Origin: Patescibacteria group bacterium
GTDB taxonomy: Bacteria; Patescibacteriota; Minisyncoccia; Phycocordibacterales; Phycocordibacteraceae
NCBI GenBank assembly: GCA_040388985.1
Contig: JAZKAU010000001.1
Location: 123,359 to 187,358, forward strand
Direction: 5' to 3'
DNA: 64,000 nt
The first letter of the stretch is position 1. Each line of letters starts with the position of its first letter. Of this stretch, positions 28,512-37,807 are shown piece by piece. The notes beneath the pieces are model-generated. The model searched no databases and was not told the origin of the DNA. It saw only the letters and a list, made by a program, of their open reading frames with translations. The translations under genes were made by a program, and so were the position numbers.

Positions 28512-29030
28512 ATGGATATCGTCACGAACGTGAGCGCAATCGCGACAAGCGGCGTCGCGAGCGTATGGCTCTGGGTTGGGAACTTCGTGGTACTCCTCGT
28601 ACTAACCCTCATCATGCTGGCATTCTCGTACCGTGCGGGACGGGGAGGTCTCGTCTCGCTCCTCATGGCCTTCTATGCGGGGTATGCCATCTATATAGTA
28701 TTCCCGTACACGAGCGGGCTTGTCGCCGCGGGCGATACTAAGCTCATCAAGGCCATCATCAGCATCATCATCTATGCAGTCTGCACCTTCATTCCGTTCC
28801 ACTTCATACGCCGGCTTACGGGGCATGGTCTGGGATCTATGTTCTTCGTTCCCCGCCTCGTCCTGTCCTTCCTCTCAGCTGCCTTTTTGCTTTCGCTCGC
28901 ATACCACGTCTTTCACGTCAGCAATATCTATACGTTTCCGGGTCCTATAAATAACCTGTTCGCACCGAACGAATTCTTCTTCTGGTGGTTTATTGCGCCA
29001 CTGGTCGGCTTACTTATCTTCGTACGCTGA
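28512..29030 (+). CDS. Hypothetical multi-pass membrane protein
   Basis: About five hydrophobic helices; host-like codon usage. Confidence 0.75.
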   Translation: MDIVTNVSAIATSGVASVWLWVGNFVVLLVLTLIMLAFSYRAGRGGLVSLLMAFYAGYAIYIVFPYTSGLVAAGDTKLIKAIISIIIYAVCTFIPFHFIRRLTGHGLGSMFFVPRLVLSFLSAAFLLSLAYHVFHVSNIYTFPGPINNLFAPNEFFFWWFIAPLVGLLIFVR

Positions 29031-29157
29031 GAAAGCTCCTAAAATACTCATATGCTGCGTTGCGGGTCCCTGCTCGCTCCTCCGCCGTACGCCCTCAGTA
29101 CGTCTCCGTTGCTCGCTCTCCCGCGCCTTGCCTCTGAGCATTTATAGAAGCTTTCTC
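29029..29157 (-). repeat. Palindromic element family A, copy 4
   Basis: Terminal IR gagaaagct/agctttctc. The minus strand reads agaggcaaggcg...cgtac-tgagggc-gtacg...caacgcagcatat. Confidence 0.8.
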
Positions 29158-29183
29158 TTGCTACGACGTGATATAGTGCCTTC

Positions 29184-30416
29184 ATGAATCTGGCTGACGA
29201 CTTGAAGGCTCGCGGGCTCATCGAGCACACGAGCGCAGAACTGGAGACGATACTGGCCGAGAAGCGCACGGTGTACCTGGGCGTCGACCCTTCAGCCGAC
29301 TCCATGCAGGCAGGGAATCTGGTCGTGGTGCTTCTCATGAAGCGGCTTGCTGACGCAGGTCATCGAATTATCCTTCTGGTGGGTGGCGGTACCGGCATGA
29401 TCGGAGACCCGAAAGAGAAAGGTGAACGTCCGCTTGCAGATTCGAAGACCGTCGCGCGCAACAAGCGAGCTATCAAGGCGCAGATGCAGCAAGTGCTAGG
29501 ACGCCGTATCACGGTCGTCGACAACGCCGACTGGCTTCTCAAGATCAAGCTCGTCGACTTCCTGCGCGATATCGGGAAGCACTTCACGGTGAACGAGTTG
29601 GTGAAGCGCGACATCATTAAGCGACGACTGGACAATCCAGACGACAGTATTTCATACACTGAATTCGCCTACTCGCTGCTCCAGGGCTATGATTATCTTG
29701 TTTTAAATCAGAAATACGGCGTGAATCTGCAGATAGGCGCGAGCGATCAATGGGTGAATATCCTCTCAGGCGTTGAGCTCATCCGTCGCAAGCTCGGGAA
29801 GGAAGCATTCGCGCTTACCTGTCCGCTCGTGACTGACGCGTCGGGTAAGAAATTCGGTAAGTCCGAAGGTAACGCGGTATGGCTTGCCGCTCTGAAGACG
29901 TCTCCGTACGCCTTCTACCAGTTCTGGCTCAATCAGCCCGACGAAGTGGTAGGGAAGTACCTAAAGTTCTACACGTTCATGAGCGTGCAGGAGATAGACA
30001 TGCTGGTCGAGCTTCACAGTCGCAATCCCGGACGTCGCGAGGCGCAGAAGACCCTTGCGCGCCTCGTCACCGAGATCGTGCATGGTAGCGACGCCGCAGC
30101 GCGCAGCATCGCCGTTTCCGAAGCGCTGTTCGGCGAGCGTCCGCTCTCAGCCCTTACTCCGAGTGAACGGATCGTACTCTTAAGCGACGCGCCATCGGCA
30201 AGGGTCTTCCTTGGTGATTCTGTCATTGATACGCTCGTCACTACCGGACTCTCCTCGTCAAAGGCGGATGCCCGGCGCCTTATAGAAGGGAAGGGCGTAT
30301 CCATAAATGGTTCGGGTGTCGAGGCTGCGGGTGCAGTACTCGATGAGAGCCACTTCGATGGCGGCCTGGCGCTCATGAAGCGTGGCAAGCAGGTGGCCGT
30401 GCTCAGTATCGGATAG
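29184..30416 (+). CDS. tyrS: Tyrosyl-tRNA synthetase
   Basis: YLGVDPSADS, YSLLQGYD, KFGKS and a C-terminal S4 domain. Confidence 0.97.
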   Translation: MNLADDLKARGLIEHTSAELETILAEKRTVYLGVDPSADSMQAGNLVVVLLMKRLADAGHRIILLVGGGTGMIGDPKEKGERPLADSKTVARNKRAIKAQMQQVLGRRITVVDNADWLLKIKLVDFLRDIGKHFTVNELVKRDIIKRRLDNPDDSISYTEFAYSLLQGYDYLVLNQKYGVNLQIGASDQWVNILSGVELIRRKLGKEAFALTCPLVTDASGKKFGKSEGNAVWLAALKTSPYAFYQFWLNQPDEVVGKYLKFYTFMSVQEIDMLVELHSRNPGRREAQKTLARLVTEIVHGSDAAARSIAVSEALFGERPLSALTPSERIVLLSDAPSARVFLGDSVIDTLVTTGLSSSKADARRLIEGKGVSINGSGVEAAGAVLDESHFDGGLALMKRGKQVAVLSIG

Positions 30417-30455
30417 TCTGGAAAAGCAGCGTTCAAGCTGGTATACTCGCCCTAC

Positions 30456-30542
30456 GCGTCGGTGGCAGAGTGGTCAATTGCAGGAGACTGTAAATCTCCC
30501 GGACATAGTCCTACGTAGGTTCGAACCCTACCCGGCGCACCA
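30456..30542 (+). tRNA. tRNA-Tyr(GTA)
   Basis: Acceptor gcgtcgg/ccggcgc, anticodon arm ggaga-ctGTAaa-tctcc, long variable arm, T arm gtagg-ttcgaac-cctac, and encoded CCA. Confidence 0.97.
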
Positions 30543-30712
30543 AAATGAAGGAGCCTCGAGCGAAAGCTCGGGGCGACTATCATTTTATGCGCCGGGTAGG
30601 GTTCGAAAGCCGCAGCCGGTATACAAGACGAGTCCTCGAGTGCTTGTCGGCGAGGCGGGGTCGCGCATACTTAGGAGCGGAGCGAGTTAGTAAAGCGTGA
30701 CCGAACCCTACC
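30543..30712. repeat. tRNA-associated element carrying antisense and direct copies of the tRNA 3' end
   Basis: 30588-30607 is the exact reverse complement of 30520-30539, and cgaaccctacc recurs at 30702-30712. Confidence 0.8.
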
Positions 30713-30779
30713 GATTAAGGCATCTCCCGTTTCTTCTATTTCTATCCTAATCTCGTATACTGAAACCATCTCCTCCGCC

Positions 30780-32882
30780 ATGCGCAAAAGTCTCTCCCTC
30801 ATACTCCTCACAGCAATTATCTTCCCGATCCTGCCAGCGGTAGCAGATGAAGGCACGGTCGTCCCAGCCGAAGCAGTGGCGACGACAACTATTGCAGCGG
30901 CTGTCGAAGACACTTCCACTACTCCGGTCGTCGCCGCAGACACTCCGGTCGCGCCATCGCCCGCTATCGATATTGCTCCGGTCGATGAAATGCCCGGACC
31001 GACCGAGGAACTTCTCGTCAAGTTCAGAGATTCGGTAGACATCGATACGAAGGCAGGCTCAAGTACGGCAAGCGCACTCGCTACCCAGGCAGGTGGCGTA
31101 ATCTCAGACGTACTATCCGGCGCAAACTCAGCGGTCGTGAGCGTGCCAGCGGGCAGTCTTACGGACGCCGCGGATATGCTTGAGGCGAATCCGTCAGTCG
31201 AATACGCAGAACCCAACTACGACCGCGGTGCCTTTTCCATACCGACTAATGACACGTTCCGCGATCGTCTCTGGGCCCTTGAGAATACTGGGCAAAGCGT
31301 GAACGGCACGACAGGCACGACAGGGGACGACATCGATGCGCTCGGTGCCTGGAATCTCTCGCTTGGCACGTCGACCATCGTCGCCGTCATCGATAGCGGC
31401 GTACTCTATACGCATCCGGACCTTGCATCAGATATGTGGGACGGGACGAGCTGTCTTGATGAGAACGGAAGCGCACTCGGCAATTGTCTTCACGGGTACG
31501 ACTTCGCGGATAGTGATAAGGATCCGTTACCCGTTGCCACGTCGACGTCGTTTGCTCACGGTACGCACGTCGCAGGCACCATCGCCGCCGCACGTAATAA
31601 TGGCACAGGCATTATAGGTGTAGCGCCAAGCGCAAAGATCATGGCCGTACGCTTCGCCTTCGATACGGCAAGCGAAGTGAAGGCCATCGACTTCGCGCGA
31701 GAGAACGGCGCGAAGATAATCAACGCCAGCTACGGCGGCACTACGTTCTCACAGGAAGAGCATGACGCCATTCAACGCTTCACTGACCAAGGAGGCATCT
31801 TTGTGGCCGCAGCAGGGAACAGCTCAGGCAATAGCGACACCACTCCGATATACCCCGCAGCCTATGACCTTCCGGGTATCATAAGCGTTGCGGCTACCGA
31901 CCAGAACGATACGCTCGCATCCTTCTCGAATTACGGCTCAACTACTATCGACCTGGGAGCGCCCGGCGTGAACATCGCGAGCACGTATACGGACGCGAGC
32001 TCTTCAGCTATCTACGCCTTCGCTGACGGGACCTCTATGGCGGCTCCGCACGTTGCAGGCGTCGCAGCACTTATCGAGAGCCTCTACGCAAGCTCCACTG
32101 CTTCACAAGTGAAAGATGACATCCTTGTAAGCGGCGACGCTGACAGCGTGCTTTCGGGAAAGACGGTGAGCGGGAAGCGCCTGAATGCGCTGCGCGCGCT
32201 CCAGGCCGCAGGCGGCGCAGACTTCGTGCCGCCGGTCATTACGCTTACGGGATCTGCGAATATCAGCCTTACGGTAGGGAATACGTATACGGAGTTTGGA
32301 GCAACTGCTACTGACAACGTAGACGCGACGACAACGGTTGTTGTGGGTGGAGATACCGTGAACACGTCGAGCGCTGGCACCTACCACGTGACGTATGACG
32401 CTACCGACCTCGCAGGAAATCACGCAGCACAAGTCGTACGCACGGTAACGGTTTCAAACCCAGTCGTATCGTCCAGCGGTGGAGGTGGAGGGGGCGGTGG
32501 GGGAGGCGGAAGCCGCTCTTCAAGCTCAAGGAGGAAAAGTGGGACTTCCAGCAGCACGATTACGAAGGTACCCTCGCCTGCCGTGTCCGTAAATCTCGCA
32601 CGGCCTGCCCTGACTACACCCGGGACCGTTCCGCCAGCTCCATCTATTCCGGCAGCTCCAGCCTTCATCTATACGCGCCTTCTCACGGTCGGATCAACCG
32701 GACCTGACGTCACCGCGCTCCAACAAGCGCTCACTCGCGCCGGCGCCTACACCGGTCCCATCACCGGCTACTTCGGCCTGCTTACGCAGGCCGGCGTACG
32801 AGCGTACCAGACAGCACACGCCCTTCCACCAGTAGGCATTGTCGGCCCTATGACCCGCGCGCTTCTGAATCAGGGCATCTAA
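30780..32882 (+). CDS. Secreted subtilisin-like S8 protease with an Ig-like (DUF5011-like) domain and a peptidoglycan-binding domain
   Basis: Signal peptide; VIDSG, HGTHVAG and GTSMAAPHVAG; PVITLTG Ig-like repeat; C-terminal GSTGPDVTALQ...TGYFG. Confidence 0.93.
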   Translation: MRKSLSLILLTAIIFPILPAVADEGTVVPAEAVATTTIAAAVEDTSTTPVVAADTPVAPSPAIDIAPVDEMPGPTEELLVKFRDSVDIDTKAGSSTASALATQAGGVISDVLSGANSAVVSVPAGSLTDAADMLEANPSVEYAEPNYDRGAFSIPTNDTFRDRLWALENTGQSVNGTTGTTGDDIDALGAWNLSLGTSTIVAVIDSGVLYTHPDLASDMWDGTSCLDENGSALGNCLHGYDFADSDKDPLPVATSTSFAHGTHVAGTIAAARNNGTGIIGVAPSAKIMAVRFAFDTASEVKAIDFARENGAKIINASYGGTTFSQEEHDAIQRFTDQGGIFVAAAGNSSGNSDTTPIYPAAYDLPGIISVAATDQNDTLASFSNYGSTTIDLGAPGVNIASTYTDASSSAIYAFADGTSMAAPHVAGVAALIESLYASSTASQVKDDILVSGDADSVLSGKTVSGKRLNALRALQAAGGADFVPPVITLTGSANISLTVGNTYTEFGATATDNVDATTTVVVGGDTVNTSSAGTYHVTYDATDLAGNHAAQVVRTVTVSNPVVSSSGGGGGGGGGGGSRSSSSRRKSGTSSSTITKVPSPAVSVNLARPALTTPGTVPPAPSIPAAPAFIYTRLLTVGSTGPDVTALQQALTRAGAYTGPITGYFGLLTQAGVRAYQTAHALPPVGIVGPMTRALLNQGI

Positions 32883-32978
32883 GACAACAACCAAAGATCT
32901 CTCTTGACGATGAATTAGACAGGAGTAGGGTGTAGGAGCGCCGTCAATGTGGACGGCACGAGACAGGAGTGTAGAGTC

Positions 32979-33101
32979 ATGGGTAAGAGCGCGGGTAGGG
33001 TTGTGGCCCTTATCGCCATTGTGTTGATCCTCGGGGGAGTTGTCGCCGCGCTCGGCGGCCCTCAGAAGATCATCAGCGAACTGACGAAGCCGAAGGAGTA
33101 G
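32979..33101 (+). CDS. 40 aa single-TM small protein (not in the ORF track)
   Basis: SD aggag; MGKSAGRVVALIAIVLILGGVVAALGGPQKIISELTKPKE; downstream hairpin acgggcccc/ggggcccgt. Confidence 0.55.
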   Translation: MGKSAGRVVALIAIVLILGGVVAALGGPQKIISELTKPKE

Positions 33102-33309
33102 CGCAACGTCATGCGCTGAAAATAGCCAGCATCCCTGGCACACGGGCCCCCTTGAAACGGGGCCCGTTCCGCATCTACCTTTTTGTACCTTCATGAAGAT
33201 GACAGAATCCTATTCTTATCCTCTGGTAGTATTCCGCTTTCTCTGATAGCATATGAATGGCCTCTGGGGAGGCCAATTTGATTGAACACCTGTGTAGGGA
33301 ATGTTAGAA

Positions 33310-33546
33310 ATGGCAAAAACAAAGCCAATTGCTCGCAGCGGAAGCAAGGTCGTTGCTCTCCATCCGAACCGCGGAGAGGTGGAGCTCGTCCTCGGGAAGT
33401 CGAAGGGACGCATCCCTCCCGACACTCCCGTTGGGGAGGCGCTCTATGGGGCATCGCCCGGCGATACCCGCACTGTCCGAATGCAGGACGGCAGCGAATA
33501 TACCCTCGAGGTGACAAGCGTCACCCGTGCAAGGGCCGCGGCCTAA
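33310..33546 (+). CDS. Stand-alone GreA/GreB C-terminal domain protein
   Basis: IPPDTPVGEALYGASPGDTRTV...YTLEVTSV resembles the Gre CTD motif ISxxSPxGxALxG. There is no N-terminal coiled coil. Confidence 0.65.
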   Translation: MAKTKPIARSGSKVVALHPNRGEVELVLGKSKGRIPPDTPVGEALYGASPGDTRTVRMQDGSEYTLEVTSVTRARAAA

Positions 33547-33626
33547 GCGCCGCAATCCACCCCCTCCCTGCCACGACGGCGGGAGGGGGTTCGAATTTAC
33601 CCATATTTTCATGCTATCGTAGCTCT

Positions 33627-34583
33627 ATGGAATCTTCGAAACCTATCTCGCTTTCGGGTATAAAGCCCACCGGCACGCCGCATATCGGCAACTACTTCGG
33701 CGCGCTCAGGCAGTGGGTGGATTTTCAGCAGATGGGAAAGCATGACGGGTACTTCATGGTGGCTGACTATCACACACTCAATTTCATACAGGACGCGAAC
33801 AAGATGAGGGAGCTGACCCACGAGCTTACTCTTACGTTCCTTGCCATCGGCCTCGACCCGGAACGAGTGACCATCTTCAGGCAATCCGACGTCCCCCAGC
33901 ATACGGAGCTGGCCTGGGTATTCGATACGATAACGACGATGCCGTACCTCATGCGCGCGCACGCCTTCAAGGACGCGGAAGCTAAGGATAAGGAGATAAG
34001 CGTGGGCACCTTCAACTATCCGATGCTCATGGCAGCCGATATCCTGCTCTATGACACGGCGGTCGTACCTGTCGGACAGGACCAGATGCAGCACGTGGAA
34101 TACGCGCGCGATACGGCGCAGAAATTCAACCGAATCTTCGGCGACACGTTTATCCTGCCAGAGCATCACATCATGCCAGAAGTCGCCATCGTCCCGGGCA
34201 CGGACGGTCGCAAGATGAGCAAGAGCTACGGGAATACCATTCCGCTCTTTGCCGACCGCGCAGCCATCACAGAAGCCGTCATGGGCATTGTCACTGACTC
34301 CGGCGGTGGCCGGCCTGAGAACGTATACGCCATCCACCGGCTGCTCAAGTCCGAAGCCGAGCTTGAGTCGCTGTACCAGGAGCACGAAGGGAAGTACAAG
34401 GCTCTCAAAGAGGCGCTCATCGAGGATCTCGAGACCTTCATCGCCCCGATGCGGGAACGATACGAGACGCTTTCAAAGGACCCATCCGTCGTCCAGGGAG
34501 CATTAAGGAGAGGTGGTGAAAAGGCGCGCGCGAAAGCTGAAGCGAAGATGGAGTCAGTGCGTAAGGCCGTCGGCGTACGCTAA
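33627..34583 (+). CDS. trpS: Tryptophanyl-tRNA synthetase
   Basis: SGIKPTG.PHIGNY, YPMLMAADIL and KMSKS. Confidence 0.97.
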   Translation: MESSKPISLSGIKPTGTPHIGNYFGALRQWVDFQQMGKHDGYFMVADYHTLNFIQDANKMRELTHELTLTFLAIGLDPERVTIFRQSDVPQHTELAWVFDTITTMPYLMRAHAFKDAEAKDKEISVGTFNYPMLMAADILLYDTAVVPVGQDQMQHVEYARDTAQKFNRIFGDTFILPEHHIMPEVAIVPGTDGRKMSKSYGNTIPLFADRAAITEAVMGIVTDSGGGRPENVYAIHRLLKSEAELESLYQEHEGKYKALKEALIEDLETFIAPMRERYETLSKDPSVVQGALRRGGEKARAKAEAKMESVRKAVGVR

Positions 34584-34657
34584 CGGGCAACGTTGGGCTG
34601 TATTGCGTAGTTATCACTACCGGACCGCTCTATCGAGTACTTGCGAGTGAGGTTTCA

Positions 34658-34819
34658 ATGCAAATCGAACCAAGCCCGCCTGCAGAGGGTAACGCTCCCG
34701 GTGCACCCGAAGAACAAGCAAGAAAGCCTGCCGGTACCCTCTGGGAACCGGTCTTCGGCGATAACCGCTCGTTCGACGAACTCATGCACGGGACTCCTGC
34801 CGCTCTGAGGACGCAATGA
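34658..34819 (+). CDS. 53 aa orphan small protein
   Basis: SD gagg before the ATG, fills the trpS-aspS gap, and has a hairpin after the stop. Confidence 0.4.
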   Translation: MQIEPSPPAEGNAPGAPEEQARKPAGTLWEPVFGDNRSFDELMHGTPAALRTQ

Positions 34820-34867
34820 CACGGCCTACCCTGATTTTCGGGGCGGGCCGTGCTATGTTGTATCCAT

Positions 34868-36196
34868 ATGCAGGAACGTATCTTGATAGGGGATCTGGGC
34901 TCTCACATAGGTGAAACGGTCGCGATCAGCGGCTGGGTGAACGTCAGACGTGACCAGGGCAAGCTCGTCTTCTTCGACTTTCGCGACCGCTCAGGAGTCG
35001 TGCAAGGAGTCGTACTACCCGGCGATGATGCGCTTATGGAGACTGCCAAAGAGGTACGGAACGAGTTCGTCGTACGCGTCGAAGGCATCGTAAACGCCCG
35101 TCCCGAACGCAACGTGCAGGCAGACAAGCAGAACGGGAATATCGAGCTTGAGGTAAAGGACATCGAGGTATTAGCTGAGGCCGACGTTCTTCCTTTCGCC
35201 ACTGATGCTGAATTGAATCTCGATACTCTTCTGGATAATCGACCACTTACGCTCCGAACACAGCGCAGTCGGGATATCTTCACCGTACAATCCACCATAG
35301 TAGACGCGTATCGTCGTGCACTGTATTCGCTCGAATTCACCGAGTTTCAAGCGCCAGCCCTTGTAGGAGGAGACGCGGAAGGCGGATCGGAAGTTTTCAA
35401 GGTCCAGTATTTCTACGATCAGACCGCCTATCTCGCTACGTCGCCGCAACTCTATAAGCAAATCATGGTGGGTGTCTTCGAACGCGTCTTTACTATCGCG
35501 CGGATCTTCCGAGCGGAGAAGAGCGCGACGACACGTCATCTTTCCGAGCTTACTCAGATGGACTTCGAGATGGGCTTCATTAAAGACGAGTTCGACGTCA
35601 TGGCGGCACTTGAGACTGTCATTCGTCAGGTAGTGGGAGAAGTCGCTGAAAAGCACGCTGGAGTATTCACGCGCTTCGGGATCGACGTGCCGGCCCTCGG
35701 GAAGAAATTCCCGATCCTTTCTCTTGCCGAAGCGCATCAGACACTCGGAGTAGAAGCAGAGGATGATATGACTCCCGAGCAGGAGCGCGCAATATGCGAG
35801 TGGGCGCTTAAGGAGCACGACTCCGATTTCGTATTCATTACGAAATTTCCGACGGCCGCGCGCGCCTTCTACACCATGTCTGAGGGCGCGACCTTGAGTC
35901 GAGGATTCGACCTCCTTTTCCGAGGGCTCGAGATAAACAGCGGGGCACAGCGCATACACAAGTATGATGAACTTGTCGCCCGTATCAAGGAGCGTGGTAT
36001 GGACCCAAACAAATTCTCCTTTTACCTGCAGGCATTCAAATACGGAATGCCGCCGCATGGCGGTTGCTCGACGGGACTCGAACGCTTCACTGCACGCATG
36101 CTGAAGCTCGGAAACGTAAAAGAAGCATCCCTTTTCCCACGCGACATGAACCGTATTGACACCCTTCTGTCTCAAAGTCCGATAGAAGAAGCGTAA
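34868..36196 (+). CDS. aspS: Aspartyl-tRNA synthetase, archaeal/eukaryal-type short form (probably non-discriminating)
   Basis: OB-fold, SPQLYKQ, FRAE, EINSGAQR and YGMPPHGG...LER. No GAD insertion. Confidence 0.9.
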   Translation: MQERILIGDLGSHIGETVAISGWVNVRRDQGKLVFFDFRDRSGVVQGVVLPGDDALMETAKEVRNEFVVRVEGIVNARPERNVQADKQNGNIELEVKDIEVLAEADVLPFATDAELNLDTLLDNRPLTLRTQRSRDIFTVQSTIVDAYRRALYSLEFTEFQAPALVGGDAEGGSEVFKVQYFYDQTAYLATSPQLYKQIMVGVFERVFTIARIFRAEKSATTRHLSELTQMDFEMGFIKDEFDVMAALETVIRQVVGEVAEKHAGVFTRFGIDVPALGKKFPILSLAEAHQTLGVEAEDDMTPEQERAICEWALKEHDSDFVFITKFPTAARAFYTMSEGATLSRGFDLLFRGLEINSGAQRIHKYDELVARIKERGMDPNKFSFYLQAFKYGMPPHGGCSTGLERFTARMLKLGNVKEASLFPRDMNRIDTLLSQSPIEEA

Positions 36197-36209
36197 TAAC
36201 GTATACCCT

Positions 36210-36965
36210 ATGGCGGACGACGTACTTACTCAGCCGGCACCCTCTACGGGATTCCTGGTGCGTACCGATGCCTTCGAGGGACCGCTCGAGCTTATTCTCG
36301 ACCTTATCGAGAAGCGTAAGCTTCTCGTGAACGAGCTATCGCTCGCGCAGGTGACCGACGACTTCATCGCGCATGTCCGCAGCGGGGAGTCTTTCCCGAT
36401 GGAGGACGCTGCGAATTTCATCGGCGTGGCAGCGACGTTGCTCCTCATAAAGAGCCGCTCACTCCTTCCTGAGCTCGAGCTCTCGAACGACGAGGAAGAG
36501 GATGTCGATGACCTGAAGCGTAGGCTCGAGCTCTACGAGAAGGCTCGGGCAGCCTCGCGCGCACTTTCACGCATCTTCGGTCGTGCCGTCATGCAGCCGC
36601 GCGGCGAGCGGGCTCCTGAAGCCGTATTCGCGCCTTCGCGCGACCTCTCTATCGCGACGCTCGAGAGCGCGCTGCGCGACGCACTCGCTACCCGCGAAGC
36701 TGAAGTGAAGCTGCCGGAAGCGCGTATCCGCCCCCTCGTCTCCATCGAGGAAATGATGGATACGCTACGTACCCGCGTCGAGCGCGCAATGTCTCTCTCA
36801 TTCAAGGAGTTCACGGGCGACCGTACCGAACGCGTCGAGGTTATCGTCTCTTTCCTAGCGCTCCTTGAGCTCGTCAAGCAGGGAACCGTCGACGCTGCGC
36901 AAAATGGACATTTCAATGATATTCAGATAACGAATATGGCGGCATTCACTCCTCGGTACGGCTAG
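36210..36965 (+). CDS. scpA: Segregation and condensation protein A
   Basis: FEGPLELIL, AATLLLIKSRSLLP and FLALLELVK. Confidence 0.95.
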   Translation: MADDVLTQPAPSTGFLVRTDAFEGPLELILDLIEKRKLLVNELSLAQVTDDFIAHVRSGESFPMEDAANFIGVAATLLLIKSRSLLPELELSNDEEEDVDDLKRRLELYEKARAASRALSRIFGRAVMQPRGERAPEAVFAPSRDLSIATLESALRDALATREAEVKLPEARIRPLVSIEEMMDTLRTRVERAMSLSFKEFTGDRTERVEVIVSFLALLELVKQGTVDAAQNGHFNDIQITNMAAFTPRYG

Positions 36966-36975
36966 CAAGAGCAGT

Positions 36976-37298
36976 ATGCTTGAAGGAACTGTCATTGAAA
37001 ATAGTTTGAGTGATACAAGCATTCTAGAGAAGCTAGATGTTCTAAAAAGTTGGTCGGCAGGCGATTGGAACCTGCATCAGGTTCGACTGAGCAGAGAAGA
37101 TACTATCAAGCTTGGCACCTATCTCGCTCTTGGACCGTGGTATATGCATTTCTGGGAGCCTGGAAGAGACGACATGTTGGTCGTGTCAAAGAAAAGACAT
37201 TTGATATCAAGCATTCGGACACTTCGACGTGGAAAGATGCCATTGCATACGGAATATCTGTCGGCATTCCGGAAGAACAACTTGATTTCCTAAGATAA
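36976..37298 (+). pseudogene. Hypothetical protein split by a 1-nt frameshift near 37186
   Basis: The first frame (...WYMHFWEPGRDDMLVV) continues plausibly in the -1 frame as KEKTFDIKHSDTSTWKDAIAYGISVGIPEEQLDF. Confidence 0.6.
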
Positions 37299-37358
37299 AG
37301 AAAGGAGGCCCCGGATTTCCGAGGCCCCCTGTTGACGCGGGTGGCTGAACTTGTTGGA

Positions 37359-37643
37359 TCAGTTGGCGCGCCGGCGGCGGACGATGGCGATCTGACGACG
37401 ACCGTTGACGATCACTCCGTTCAGCTCGTCGCTGCAGTTCGTCTGGACATTCCACGCGTTGCAGCGGCTCACCATCTGAGTCGACTGCTGGCTTGCCTGG
37501 TCGCGGCATGCGCGCAGCTGCGGATCGCTCTGGCAAATCTCCGGGTTGTTCCGGACGCGCATCTGGCTCGAGAACTGCGCGGAAGCCGGACTTGCCCAGA
37601 GGGCGACCGAAGAAACGGCAACAATTATGAAGGTGCGAAGCAT
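37359..37643 (-). CDS. Small secreted four-Cys orphan protein (cassette between scpA and scpB)
   Basis: Signal peptide ending ASA, SD gggag, promoter TTGACA (37707-37712)-17-TATCTT, and a terminator near 37300-37330. Confidence 0.7.
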   Translation of the reverse strand: MLRTFIIVAVSSVALWASPASAQFSSQMRVRNNPEICQSDPQLRACRDQASQQSTQMVSRCNAWNVQTNCSDELNGVIVNGRRQIAIVRRRRAN

Positions 37644-37807
37644 CAGGATTCTCCCTTTTCCTCATCAGCGAGGGTACGTAATTAAGATACAGCATTAAAT
37701 GGATATTGTCAATAGTCTATGGAAAAGTGGTAATCCCGGACGAGTTCGCTGTTCTTCGAAAAACTACGTGGTTCAAGGAGGTACTTTGAGGTATTATAAA
37801 GGCCATT

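Noticed and set aside
29029-29183. T-box riboswitch upstream of tyrS
   Set aside because: There is no T-box consensus. The structure is a family A palindrome, and tyrS has a -10 box 6 nt before its ATG.
32475-32530. G-rich tract as a repeat or G-quadruplex element
   Set aside because: It encodes a Gly/Ser linker in the S8 protease, common in such surface proteins.
33282-33626. Long N-terminal extensions on trpS (and on mltG, ung, murG, the CAP gene and the MacA-like gene) in the ORF track
   Set aside because: Downstream ATGs match the family starts and the promoter geometry. The extensions overlap other features.
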